The notes under the pieces were generated by a model. It was not told where the DNA came from. It saw nothing but the letters and a program-made list of their open reading frames with translations, and searched no databases. Both the position numbers and the translations under genes were made by a program. Below are positions 1-10,624 of a DNA stretch of 64,000 bases, piece by piece. Origin of the DNA: Callorhinchus milii (Eukaryota); contig NW_024704743.1 of the NCBI RefSeq assembly GCF_018977255.1, positions 73,224,001 to 73,288,000 of the forward strand, written 5' to 3'. Each line of letters starts with the position of its first letter. Position 1 is the stretch's first letter.

Positions 1-1759
1 AAACTCATCAACCACGGCTGTGATCACCTCCCCCTTCCTCCTCCTCTCCCTTGCTCAGCATCCATCCTTGTCATTGTGAAGCATTTCAACATTATCCTAT
101 GCGAAGGGACTATGCAAATCCAAGTTGATGATTATTTCTGTGGAATAATATACGTATAATTACAGATAACAGCGATGTATTTTTAAATTTCTGTGTATGT
201 ATTCTTTAAATCGGTTTTCGTTTTGGGGCAGCTTACCTTCAAAGGGACATCAGTGTTTTGGAAAATGATGAGAAAGAAGAACAATGTCAATAATTTTGGA
301 TTCTTAACATGTGAGGAGAAGCTTGCAGACCCAAACAACAACAACTTACATTTGTATAGTGCCTTTCACCTCGAAAGGACGTCCCAAAGTGCTGAAACAA
401 AACTAGTGATCATTGGAGAAAAAGGATTGCAACAGGATTTGATCTGGAGCTTTAAAATACTGCAAGGGATAAATTGATAGAGCCCCATTTTATTTCACAG
501 GTTTTGGGGTCCATAAAATCCCAATGTAAACATTTTGGATTTTTGGTAGGTAACTGTCAGGGTCCATACCCCTATAAATGAATCTGTGTTATAATGGGTA
601 GATGGTAAACATGCTTTGTCACATGTTTAACATCTACTTTGGATGGTAAACAGGTTTTATGAGAGCAGGGGAATATGGTGGCATAGAATTGTGCTGGTTG
701 CCTTTGGAGATCAGGAATTGTCTGTACAAAAATGTCCAATAAAAGCAGTTTGGGGAATTGTTTTAGTGCTGCCAGTACAATCCTTGCAGTTGATGCATGA
801 TGATGTCCAAATTGAAGAGATGAAGATCATGAGATTATTAATGTGAGCATACTGAGAGAATACTTGCAGGTCTTTATTTGCAGGCAGTACACCTTGCATT
901 GTATTGGATGGTTTGCAACATAAATCTTTTAGACAAAGATTTTAAAAGAAGGAAGTTCCCCTCTGAAATACATATAAGGTGACATTGAAAAATTGCAGTG
1001 ATGCCTGAGACCATTCCAGAGTGAACTATATTACATAGAGTTTTACTCAGTAATGAACTGCTTTGTATCTAACTGCTGACAGACCTTATTTAGGGAGTAA
1101 TTGCATGAAATCATTTTCACTTTTCAACGTTTACCCAATGACAGTCATTGTGCAGCCTTGCCTGAGGAGAAAGCCTAAAAAATGCCAACGAAAATGCTCT
1201 TAATTAATTTACTAAGCTGTTTATAATGTTTATAATGGCTGAAATCCAATGAGACAGTTTGACAATCTCATTGGCATTCCTTATCAGTAATCTAGAAATT
1301 CATCCAGAAATCTTGTCTGTTAAGACAATGTCTATGTTTTTTAAAAAATGCCTTTAGAAGAATAGCCACTTGTATAGGATCATTAACGAAAAGAAAGCCT
1401 CAAAGCGCTTAACATTGGAACAATAGTTGACAAAAAAACAAAAATCAGGAGATGATTGAAGGTAAGGTTGAAGAAATATAACTTCAGGCAGGGAAGGAGG
1501 GAGCAAAATAAAGTGGTTTTGAAATTAAGTTCCAGAGAACTAGGACAATGGTGGTGGCTTAAGACTCAACCTCTGTTTGGAAGTTTGGAGTGGGGCTTTT
1601 ACACAAAAATTCCTGGTAAATTCAGTGAACACTGGGATACATATTAAAACATCAAATAAAACCTGTCTAATCAAGTTACATGCTAACAAAATATCAATTT
1701 TATATATTTTTAAAAGTAGTACTCATACTAATAATAAAAATAGTATTTTGTATTGCATT

Positions 1760-1960
1760 TTGCATTTGGCATAGCGCCTTATCATGTCATTGAGAAGCCA
1801 ATAGAGCACAGCAGTGTCCCACAAACAATTATGGATTGAGTGACCAATTTTTTTTGAAAGGATTATTACCCCTGGAAAGCGATCGGCCAATTGACTAAGA
1901 ACCGGGTTCCTACTTCCTGCTAGGTAAACAGGTGTGAATTGAACCCGGGTCCTTTTGTTC
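1760..1960 (-). mobile_element. tRNA-derived SINE, internally deleted
   Basis: Reverse complement of the SINE tail, body (cagtgtcccacaaac) and B box (ttgaacccgggtc). Confidence 0.75.
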
Positions 1961-2030
1961 ATTGGCAAATTTGGGGCTCAAATGTCCACGAAGATATTCA
2001 GCCCAATTGTGCAAAAGAAACCTACAAATT

Positions 2031-2805
2031 ACAATACAAAATTACATTTTTATAGTGCCTTTCATGTTGGGAGGCTGTCCCAAGGTGCTGGACAATCAGT
2101 GTTTCAGACCCGAGCTGGGGGTTGGGATCGGGGAGGGTGGAGGGCAAGGAGGGTGACTGAAGGCATGGTCGAAGAAGAGGGTCCTGAGACGGGTTTTGAA
2201 GGAGGCAAGGGAGTGAATGAGGCGGGAGGCCTGTGGGATTGAGTTCCAGAGGGTGGGGGCAGAATGGCTGAAGGTCCGACCACAAATGGTAGGGCGGGTG
2301 AGGCGCAGAACGTGAAACAGGCCGGAGCCCGCTGAGCGGAGGGAGTGGGCGGGTTGGTAGGGGGTTAGGAGGTCGCAGAGGTAGGGTGGGGCGAGGCCAT
2401 GGAGGGCTTTAAAGTTGAGGACCAGGATCCTGAACTGTATCCTCTGTGTGATGGGAAGCCAGTGGAGTTGGGTGAGGATGGGGGGTGATAGGGTCATGGA
2501 GTCTGGTGCGGGCGAGGACACGGGCTGCAGAGTTCTGGAAGACCTGCAGCCTGTGGAGGGAGGAGTTGGGGAGGCCGACAAGCAGGGAATTTGTGTAGTC
2601 AAGCCTGGATGTTATGAATGCATGTATGAGGGTCTCGGCGGCCTGTGGCAGTGGCGGAGCGGGTGATGTTGCGGGGGTGGGAAAAGCGGAGCGTGTCATG
2701 GCATAGATGTGAGGTATGAAGGACAGTTGAGGGTCAAACAGGATGCCGAGGTTCCGTATTTGCTCCGTGAGATGTAGAGTGCATCCATGGAGGAAAATGC
2801 TGTCC
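2031..2805 (-). mobile_element. L2 LINE 3' fragment
   Basis: ORF2 C-terminal motifs HAFITSRLDY, LHWLPITQRIQFRIL and WNSIP, plus L2 tail. Confidence 0.92.
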
Positions 2806-2945
2806 ATGTAGGTTGAGCTGGGAGTCAATTCAAAATCTACAGTCAACCTAATTTACAGTATATTCTGTGAAGCACTTTGAGATGTCGAAGACGTGATAAG
2901 GCGCTGTATCAAATGCAAGGATTATTATTATTACTGTGTTCAGTG

Positions 2946-3243
2946 CTATGAATTGACCTTAAACAATAAACAATGAACTTTATGATTCTCAATGTACAGG
3001 CAGCAGCCCTCATCAAACCAATATACCTTATTTACAAAAAATGTTGGTGGCTCTTTGATCTTCGTGTTAAAAAGCAATAAAACTAGGAAAAACAAACATA
3101 TATATATACATAAAGGGTCACAGGATTTATTCTCTTCCTTTGCAATGCTGTTGAATTTATTTAGAACTGATATTGAATATTGTAGTGGCCTAGAAAGTTT
3201 CTTTCCAAATATAGAGATGTCATCATTTGGGAGCTTTTTTCCA
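2946..3243 (-). CDS. Putative downstream or terminal exon of the minus-strand gene
   Basis: attattgttttcaag| phase-2 acceptor after a 120-nt intron. GKKLPNDDISIFGKKLSRPLQYSISVLNKFNSIAKEENKSCDPLCIYICLFFLVLLLFNTKIKE... ends either at donor AAG|gtatat (3027) or at stop 2946. The 3' end is uncertain. Confidence 0.35.
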
Positions 3244-3363
3244 CTTGAAAACAATAATTGATTGAAAAAATGAGCAGGAGTGAATCAATGTAGTTCTATA
3301 AAAGAATTAAATTCCTTTATCAGGTATCTCTTTTATTTTCAAGCTAGATTCATGAAAGCATAC

Positions 3364-3443
3364 CAAAGCTGAATGTCATGAGAGCACAATAAAGGAGAAA
3401 CAGGCGGCAATTCTCCAATTATTTTGTGGATTGTGACAAATGC
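3364..3443 (-). CDS. Putative internal exon of the minus-strand gene
   Basis: ctcttttttaatag| ... TG|gtatgc, 80 nt. Only the phase 0 to 2 frame is open: AFVTIHKIIGELPPVSPLLCSHDIQL. Confidence 0.45.
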
Positions 3444-3671
3444 CTATTAAAAAAGAGCTTTGAGATACCATCATTTCCAGTGGGTCATTGATGCGCAGAA
3501 CTGAGATCCTTCAGTGAAAATACAAATCTGTGTAATTGCAGTTCATCAAGGCAGTTAGTCACATCTAATAGGTTTCAGTGGAACCCACATTAGAGTATTT
3601 TGGAATAGTGTTTTCCCTACTGCTGCTTGTTACACTTCACTGGAGCAGCACTTTTGTCCTTCTCCCATAGC

Positions 3672-4070
3672 ATTAAATCAAGATCCTCATTCTCACTTCA
3701 AATGCATCAATGGCCTCATCCCACTCGACTTCTCTGAGCCTTTGCAATCCTACTGACCCAGCTGCTTCCTTTGCTCACTGAACACTGGCCTGCTTCATGC
3801 CACCACCCTATTCCCCCACCTCCCCACCCATTGGCGGCCGAGCGGCTTTCAGCCATTATGCACCAGTTCTCTGGATCTACATCCTGGAGTCCATCCAACT
3901 CGTTCCCACCCTCCCCACATTCAAAGCTTCCCTCAAAACTTACCTCTTTGACCATGCTTCTGGTCAGTTTTCCTCCGCGCACTTCTTTTAGCTCCCACCA
4001 CCCGGCTCAGGTGCCCAGCCAGCAGTGAAAAGCACATTGATCCATCCTCCTAATGTAAAAGGCATTATTT
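3672..4070 (+). mobile_element. L2 3' fragment (degenerate)
   Basis: Encodes GGRAAFSHYAPVLW and FKASLKTYLF, with a tail remnant. Confidence 0.8.
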
Positions 4071-4294
4071 TAAATTATATTGTAATGGCTTGTTACCTTA
4101 GTATTGGCCTACTCAATCGTTTTGTTCATTGATTCATGTTTTCACTGCACCATCACAGGTAAACAGATGTTCAGATATTAACTGTAGTTGTAATAGCTTT
4201 TCTATAGTTATTTTTATACCTCACCTAGAACATAGTTATTTCAGTCAAAACTCCATCACTCCATCATTGAAACAAGTTTATTTTGCTTAAATGT

Positions 4295-4618
4295 GGAGTC
4301 CTGTAGCTCAGTGGTTAGAGCACTCGCTTTGCAAGTGGGAGACCTGAGTTCAATTCCAGGCAGGGCGAAACCTTGGGCAAGTTTCCTTACTCCACACGCC
4401 TAATAATAATCCCTCCAAAACCAAAAACAATAATAAAAATTGGTCATTTTCAATCTACGACTGTTTGTGGGACATTGCTGTGCGCAATTGGCTGCCGCGT
4501 TCGCCCACAAATATAGTCAATTCACTTTACAGTGTGTTCTGTGAAGCGCTTTGGGACGTCCTCCCGACGTGAAAAGCTCAAAACCAAATGCAAGGATTAT
4601 TATTATTATTATTATTAT
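4295..4618 (+). mobile_element. tRNA-derived SINE, short subfamily, full length
   Basis: GGAGTCCTGTAGCTCAGTGG A box, GAGTTCAATTCC B box, CORE-like ACCTTGGGCAAGTT, Deu-like body, L2-like tail, (TTA)n. Confidence 0.93.
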
Positions 4619-4641
4619 AAATCAGGTCTTTATGTGCCTTT

Positions 4642-4820
4642 GGGACCCCATAGCCTAGTGGTTAGCACACTCGTGTCACAAACGAGAGGACCTGGGTTTG
4701 ATTCCCGGACAGGGCAAAACCTTAGACAGGTTTCTTGACTCCACACATCCCCATTTTACCTAGCAATAAGTAGCAACCTGTTGTTCGACGTGATAAGGTG
4801 CTCTATCAAATGCGAGTATT
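4642..4820 (+). mobile_element. tRNA-derived SINE, long subfamily, internally deleted
   Basis: tRNA head and CORE-like part joined directly to the tail. Confidence 0.75.
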
Positions 4821-7097
4821 TTTAGTTTCATTTGACTGATTTGCTGAGTTGCTTTGAGTACTGTTTTCTCTTTTGTTATTGCATTTTCTGAATCCAACAT
4901 GTCATAGAATCATAGAATCATACAGCACAAAAAGAGGCCATTCGGCCTCTTTAAAGAACAAATACATTTTTGCTTCAATTGATGCCCAGTAACCGATACC
5001 AGGATGAGCATGACAGCAGCCCTGCTTGATTTGTCCTTTGATTATTTATGTGCTTATCTTCTCACTAATTCCACCTGAAGAATTACCACAAGTCTACTTG
5101 GCACTGTGCAGTGACAGCTGTCTCCAATGGGGACTATCATCATTTTTTATTTATAATCCGGGTAGACCTAGTTAATCCCAGAATTTATTGTGAAATGCTT
5201 CTTTAAATACTCAGTCTGAGAATTTGTTCAGTAAAACCAACCAAACAACCAACCAGCTATACATGTACATAGCAGCTTTCGCATCGGGAGATGGCTCAAA
5301 GCATTTAACAATGCTGGATGAGTATCCAAACTGCAGATGGGAGCTGAGAGGAGGTAGGGAGGGAAAAAATGACCAAAAGTGCAGTCAAAGAGGTATGTTT
5401 AGAGACGTGCCTTGAACGATGAGTGGGAGGGAAGGAGCGAGAAGAGAGTGAGAAGCAGGAAAGTCCCAGGCTCCATCACCTGGTGCTGAGACACACACAG
5501 CTGGACAGTCACCCATAGATACATGTGGGATGTGCATATGAAAGCCTGCCTTGCTGAACATGAAGTAAGCAAAGTGGATAACCAGCTGTTACCGAATGCT
5601 GGGAATAACCTTTATGTATTGCTAATCTTTGTATGTTTAGCCAAGTGTGCATTAGAGGAGGCACCAGCCATGTCAGAAGGTACTAACTTTGTAATGAAAG
5701 AAAACTGATGGGAGTACATAGATATGTGCAAAGCTGGAGAAGTCCATTGTGGTCCATCTAGATGGTCCTGAAGTTGAAAAGATAACTTTGCTCTACTATC
5801 TCACACCCTCAATCATTTGTATTCAACAAATACCTGTTCATTTGCCTCCTTGCACTTTAAGAATATCATTTAAAAAACTACTATGAACAGGCCTTTGTGG
5901 GCTATCAAGCCTTTTATTGACACCTACACAATGGTCTCTAAATTCCAGGTACCCAGATTTATGCTAACCACTACGGTAATCAAGCAGTCACTTTCACCTG
6001 ACTCTTTTCTAGGCTTCATTTTAAGGCATCAATTAACTACTTTATCAGGAAGTCTATACAACGTTTCTTCCGCACTTTGTGGGGGGAAAAAATCTTCTGG
6101 TGAATTTTGTATTTACGTTTCCTCTGTTACTTTCACAAGCAAGTTAAATTATTTACCTTAATATCTTACCCAAAGTCACTGAGGTCAGTAGCATTCCCAA
6201 CTGGTTGAGATCGGGAATCAAACCTGTGACCTTCTGGTCTGCATTAATTAATGCTATGTTGAGCTGTATCTACCCCAAGGCGATTGCAGGAGCTTAATAA
6301 TTTAAAACAAATTAAGAAACACATTAGCGTATTAACCCAGTCAGGTTACATTGACGCTAATTTGTAGATTGTATAAATGCACATAAACATGTTGTTGCCA
6401 CCGCTCCCCAGATTCCAGGGTCACATTTGGCAGCTGAGTCCCTGAAATTACACCTAGTGGTGCAGAATTATAAAAAATCTTAAATATATCTTAACTTGTA
6501 AGTTGGTTTCTAGCAGTTCTTATAAAACAAAAGGCTTTAAAATTAACAATGATTTACACTTATATAGCAGCTTTCACATAGTAATGTTTCTTAAAGCCCT
6601 TCACAGAGAAGGGGAAGGGCCCTAGCAGGGTAGGAGGTGAGGTAGTGGAATGTGGAAAAATTAAGATTACATTTTGCCAGTTTTCCCCAATTTTTGTGTT
6701 CTCTTAAATTTTAAGGCAAATGGGCTAAGTCTAGGCAGAATTTGAGTCCCCAGAAAAGCAAGTCTCATTCTAAACTTAATCTTCTTGCTCGATAGATAAC
6801 ATGAAGAAAATCTAATTTAGATGAGCACGGGGATTCATGTTGTCCAGCCCTAACATTTTCTATTCCTTTCAAGCTCGATGTTCCACAAGGACAAGTCAGC
6901 TGAGACATTCTGTTCATAATGGAGATTTTCTAAGTGGATTATAATGGTGGTTATTTCACATTAGAGGTGATTCAGATTGGTGTGTGGTGAAATTCTACTT
7001 GGGTTTAGATTTACTATCTTTATTTTAGTGAAAATAATAATCTTAATGAAAACCCCAAAACAAGCCTTGTGCCTAACCCTCTAAATCTCCAATTTGT

Positions 7098-7520
7098 GAG
7101 TCCTGTAACATATTGGTTAGAGCACTTACCTCACAAGCAAGAGGACCCAGGTTCGATTCCCGGTCAGTGCAAAACCTGAGGCAAGTTTCCTTATTCCACT
7201 CGCCTCTGTTTAATTAGCAGTAAGTTGGGACCTGGTTGTTGGTGAATTGGCAGATCGCTTTCCAGGGGTAATAATCCCTTCAAAAGGAAAATTGGGTCAC
7301 TCAATCCACGACTATTTGTGGGACACTGCTGTGTGCAATTGGCTGCTGTGGTTTGCCCACAAATACACATTCAATTCACTTTACAGTATATTCCATGAAG
7401 CACTTTGAGACATCTAGAAGACGTGAAAAGTGCTGTCAAATGGACGGATTATTACTATTATTACTCAACGACGTGACAAGGCGTTATATCAAATGCAAGG
7501 ATTATTATTATTGTTGTTAT
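7098..7520 (+). mobile_element. tRNA-derived SINE, long subfamily, with a second tail
   Basis: Head, about 60-nt extra block (ctgtttaattagcagtaagt...), body, then two successive tails. Confidence 0.9.
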
Positions 7521-8158
7521 CATTTAGAGTGTCCATAAGTGTTCAATTCACTTTTAATTTTGAAGTTGTTTTTCTTTAGTTATTTAGTTTAGCATAAAAA
7601 CAGCTTTAAACTGCAGGCTGTATTTGAGTATTTGGCAAATTCTCGATGCTTTAAAATACGACATTATTACATGTATTACATCAATAGAGAAAATCGTGAC
7701 CTAGGTAGATTTTCTTCCAGTCGTATACCAATGGCCAACTATTTAGACTGGTCGACAATTTGTGTAGTTCAGTACTATTAAGCTACCATGGGCAGAAATT
7801 GTGACCCTTTTGTGTCCTTTTCAATGACAATTTTGTGACTCGTCCATGGGATCAGAACAATTATGAATAGTCAATGAGGAGCACTGTTTTCTCGCTTCTT
7901 TGCCAGATAGTAATAATATTCCTTACAGATAATTGTGTAAAATTATTTTTTAAAAGGAACAAATGAAAAGTAACAAATAAATCAGTTTTCGTATCTAGGA
8001 ATAAAATGATGGCGTAATTTTATGACAATTTAAAATGCACCTAATAGTGAAAAGGCTGGAGAGAAACTACTCTCCAGAAGTTATGGGTGTTCAGTTCCAA
8101 GACAGTTATGAAAGAATGAACACAAAGCAACCAAATTTTCTGAGCTTGTGCTAATTAT

Positions 8159-8373
8159 GCACTATTTGAAAAGAGAAGGGAGTTTCTCCCAGTGTCCTGG
8201 CGAACAATCCCCCAAATAAAATGACCATGGCTGTTTGTGGGACATTGCTGTGGGCAAATTGACTGCTGCATTTCACCCATAAAATATACAGTCAATTCAC
8301 TTTACAGTATATCTGTGAAGTGCTTTTTCGGACGTCTTCCTGATGTGAAAGGCGCTATAACAATGCAAATATT
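8159..8373 (+). mobile_element. SacSINE1-like DeuSINE, 3' half
   Basis: gcactatttgaa...gggagtttctcccagtgtcctggc Deu motif, body and tail. Confidence 0.75.
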
Positions 8374-8499
8374 ACACAGCACATAACCCATTTTATCTTA
8401 TCTTATATCTTATATAAATATATTTTATTTTTTTTCTTTCTTCCACCTCCTTTATATGGTATACAAAACCTGTCTGTACCCAATCTATAACAAATATTA

Positions 8500-8865
8500 A
8501 TCATAATCCTTGCATTTAATAGAGCACCTTATTACGTCATTGAGACATCTCAAGACACTTCACAGAATATACTGTAAAGTGAATTGACTGTATATTTTGC
8601 AGGTGAACAGTGGCAGCCAATTGTGCACAGCAGTGTCCCACAAACAGTTGTGGATTGAATGACCAAATTATTATTATTTTTATTTATTTTAAATAATTAT
8701 TACCCCTGGATATGCAATCCGTCAATTGACTAACAACTGGGTTCCTATTACTGCTATGTAAACAGAAGCGTGTGGAGTAAGGAAACTTGCCTGAAGTTTC
8801 GGCCCACCCGGGAATCGAACCCAGGTCCTTTCGCTTGCGAGGCAATTGCTACACTACAGGACTCC
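8500..8865 (-). mobile_element. tRNA-derived SINE, long subfamily
   Basis: Full reverse complement ending in ctacaggactcc. Confidence 0.9.
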
Positions 8866-8876
8866 ACAAATCCTGT

Positions 8877-9184
8877 GGAGTCCTGTAGCTCAGTGGATAG
8901 AGCAGTCGCTTTGCAAACGAGAGACCTGAGTTCAATTCCAGGCAGGGCGAAACCTTGGGCAAGTTTCCTTACTCCACACGCCTAATAATAATCCCTCCAA
9001 AACCAAAAACAATAATAAATTGGTCATTTTCAATCTACGACTGTTTGTGGGACATTGCTGTGCGTAATTCGCTGCCGCGTTCGCCCACAAATATACAGTC
9101 AATTCACTTTACAGTGTGTTCTGTGAAGCGCTTTGGGACATCCTCCCGATGTGAAAAGCGCTATATCAAATGCAAGGATTATTT
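8877..9184 (+). mobile_element. tRNA-derived SINE, short subfamily
   Basis: Near-identical to 4295-4618. Confidence 0.93.
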
Positions 9185-9282
9185 AAATCCAAGAAGAGAA
9201 AGAAAACTCATTCGGGTAGTAATTCCTAATCAGCAAATCTCTAACTTATTCTGCGATCCCTCTAATCTTTCACACTACATGG

Positions 9283-10545
9283 TCGATACGGTCGACCATG
9301 CTATCCTCCTCCACCGCTTGTCCTCCCACCTCAACCTTCAAGGCCCTGTCCTTGAGTGGTTTAGGTCGTACCTCTCCCACCGTCTTCACTTTGTTTCCAC
9401 GAATGTTTTTTCCTCCAGCCCCCGTACTGTCTCGTGCGGTGTCCCTCAGGGCTCTGTCCTCGGTCCCCTCCTCTTCACCCTCTATATGCTCCCCCTGTGG
9501 TGACATCATCCGCAGACATGGGGTTAACTTCCACATGTATGCGGATGACACCCATCTCTACCTTTCCTCCTCTACCCTCAACTCCACGACCACCGATGTC
9601 CTGACAGCCTGCCTGTCCGACATCGAGTCCTGGATGAGAGACAACTTTCTTCAGCTCAACTTGCGTAAAACTAAGGCCCTCCTGATTGGCTCACGTCAGC
9701 GCCTCCGCACCTCAGGCGCTGACAGCATCAGCATCCAAGGCTGCACTCTCCACCTCTCAAAGCCATCAGGAACCTCGGGGTTCTCTTCGACCCTGAGCTG
9801 TCCTTTCTTACTCATATCTGCGCCACAACTGGCACTGCCTTCCATCACCTCCGGAATATCGCCAGACTACGGCACTGCCTCACCCCTCACGCTGCTGAAA
9901 CTCTGGTCCACGCCTTTGTCACCTCAAGGCTGGACTATGGGAACTCTCTCCTCGCCGGCCTTCCCGGCACCTCCCTCCACAAGCTGCAGGTCATTCAGAA
10001 CTCTGCAGCTCGTGTACTGTCCCGCACCAGACTTCGGGACCACATCACTCCCACCCTCGCTCGCCTCCACTGGCTCCCCATCCCCCAGAGGATCGATTTC
10101 AAGATCCTCATCCTCACCTACAAGGCCATTCACGGCCTTGCTCCCTCCTACCTCTCCGACCTACTATCCCCCTACCTACCTGCCCGTACCCTCCGTTCCT
10201 CTGGCTCCGGTCTGCTCCACATCCCCCGCCCCAACCGCCCTACCATCGGTGGCCGGGCCTTCAGCCTCTCAGCCCCGAGGCTCTGGAACTCTATCCCCCA
10301 GTGCCTTCGCCGCCTCCTCCCTTTCCTCCTTCAAGGCCGGTCTCAAGACCTTTCTTTTTGACCGTGCCTTCAGCTCCCCTCTCGACTCTCTACCCCCTCC
10401 TCACTCCCTCCCTTCCCTCCTGTCACCCTGACCATTTCCCCCTTGCTTGGGTCCTGACCCAACTGTACAGCGCCTTGGGACGTCCTCCCGACGTGAAAGG
10501 CGCTCTATAAATGGAATCTTGTTGTTGTTGTTGTTGTTGTTGTTG
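9283..10545 (+). mobile_element. L2 LINE, 5'-truncated, relatively young (RT plus C-terminus)
   Basis: [22 protein letters not shown] and HMYADDT motifs with frameshifts; tail ending (TTG)n. Confidence 0.95.
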
Positions 10546-10624
10546 TACAACAACAACAAAACAACAAAATTGCATTTGTAGAGTGCCTTTTGCTCGGGAG
10601 GACGTCCCAACGTGAAAGGCGTCA

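Noticed and set aside
711..851. Phase-0 minus-strand frame YAHINNLM...CTDNS* as possible last exon of the unknown gene
   Set aside because: Compatible with the 3027 donor but otherwise unsupported; several equally weak candidates lie in 230-1180.
4295..4365. tRNA-like sequences (A/B boxes, Ala-like TGC loop) at many sites
   Set aside because: Always continue into SINE body and tail, so they are SINE heads rather than tRNA genes.
9298..10431. 377-aa ORF and other long Pro/Ser-rich ORFs in the track
   Set aside because: Frameshifted L2 ORF2 remnants or their alternate frames, not host genes.
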